Below are positions 59,940 to 60,307 of a DNA stretch of 60,307 nt, piece by piece. Origin of the DNA: Chiloscyllium plagiosum (taxonomy: Eukaryota); the NCBI RefSeq assembly GCF_004010195.1, contig NC_057720.1, positions 10,600,700-10,661,006 on the forward strand, written 5' to 3'. The translations under genes and the position numbers were made by a program. How positions within the stretch are numbered: position 1 is the first letter of the stretch; every line of letters starts with the position of its first letter. Below the pieces are notes generated by a model, which saw only the letters and a program-made list of their open reading frames with translations, had not been told where the DNA came from and ran no database searches.

Positions 59940-60307
59940 AGAACATTCTGCACCCTCTCTGAGACATCCTTGATCCTGGCACCAGGGAAACAACACACCA
60001 TTCTGCTTTTTCTCTGCTGGCCACAGAAACATCTGTCTGTACGTCTGACTACAGAATCCCCTAACACAATTGATCTCTTGGAAGCCAACCTACCCCTCAT
60101 TGCATTAGACCCGGTCTCAATACCAGAAACTTGGCTGTTTGTGCTATGTTCCCCTGAGAGTCCATCACCCCCTACATTTTCCAAAACTGCATACCTGTCT
60201 GAAATGGGTATATCCACAAAAGACTCCTGCTCTCGTTGCCTACCTCTCTTACCCTTCCTGGAGTTAACCCACCTATGTGACTGTATCTGAGACTTCCCCC
60301 CTTCCTA
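59940..60307 (-). mobile_element. CR1 ORF1 fragment (SGNH esterase region)
   Basis: DIPISDRYAVLENVGGD...IVLGDSVVRRTDRCFCG..VCCFPGARIKDV. Confidence 0.85.

Noticed and set aside
1..60307. CRISPR arrays, rRNA or prokaryotic systems
   Set aside because: No regularly spaced repeat-spacer array or rRNA similarity; the content is vertebrate retroelement DNA.

Overview
Repeat-dominated vertebrate genomic DNA. It is almost certainly from a cartilaginous fish (shark/ray), judging by the HE1-type tRNA-derived V-SINEs and HER1/CR1 LINEs with (CATAGAGT)n/(AGAACAT)n tails. Most of the window is nested retroelement debris: CR1 LINEs, a second CR1/L2-group LINE, Penelope-like elements (PLEs) of Neptune and Poseidon type, Gypsy-type solo LTRs and a Gypsy gag remnant. 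There are three assembly gaps. The only recognisable host gene is a disabled CLCA (chloride channel accessory / calcium-activated chloride channel regulator) pseudogene on the minus strand. Three exons are clear (51096-51193, 18402-18507, 18072-18294), all with frameshifts, a stop or splice damage, and the HExxH protease motif is mutated to HEWAR. The most notable hidden structure is the PLE system. At least four PLE families carry minimal hammerhead-ribozyme cores (CUGANGA-stemII-GAAA-NNUH), and a 131-nt hammerhead-led module appears to move on its own. Five insertions (130 nt to 6.7 kb) share one fold-back architecture with outward-facing 3' ends and a ~34-41 nt tail on one arm only; three have exact 15-17 bp target-site duplications (TSDs). 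An old ~0.9-1.1 kb inverted duplication brackets one of these PLE fold-backs. No intact host protein-coding gene is supported.
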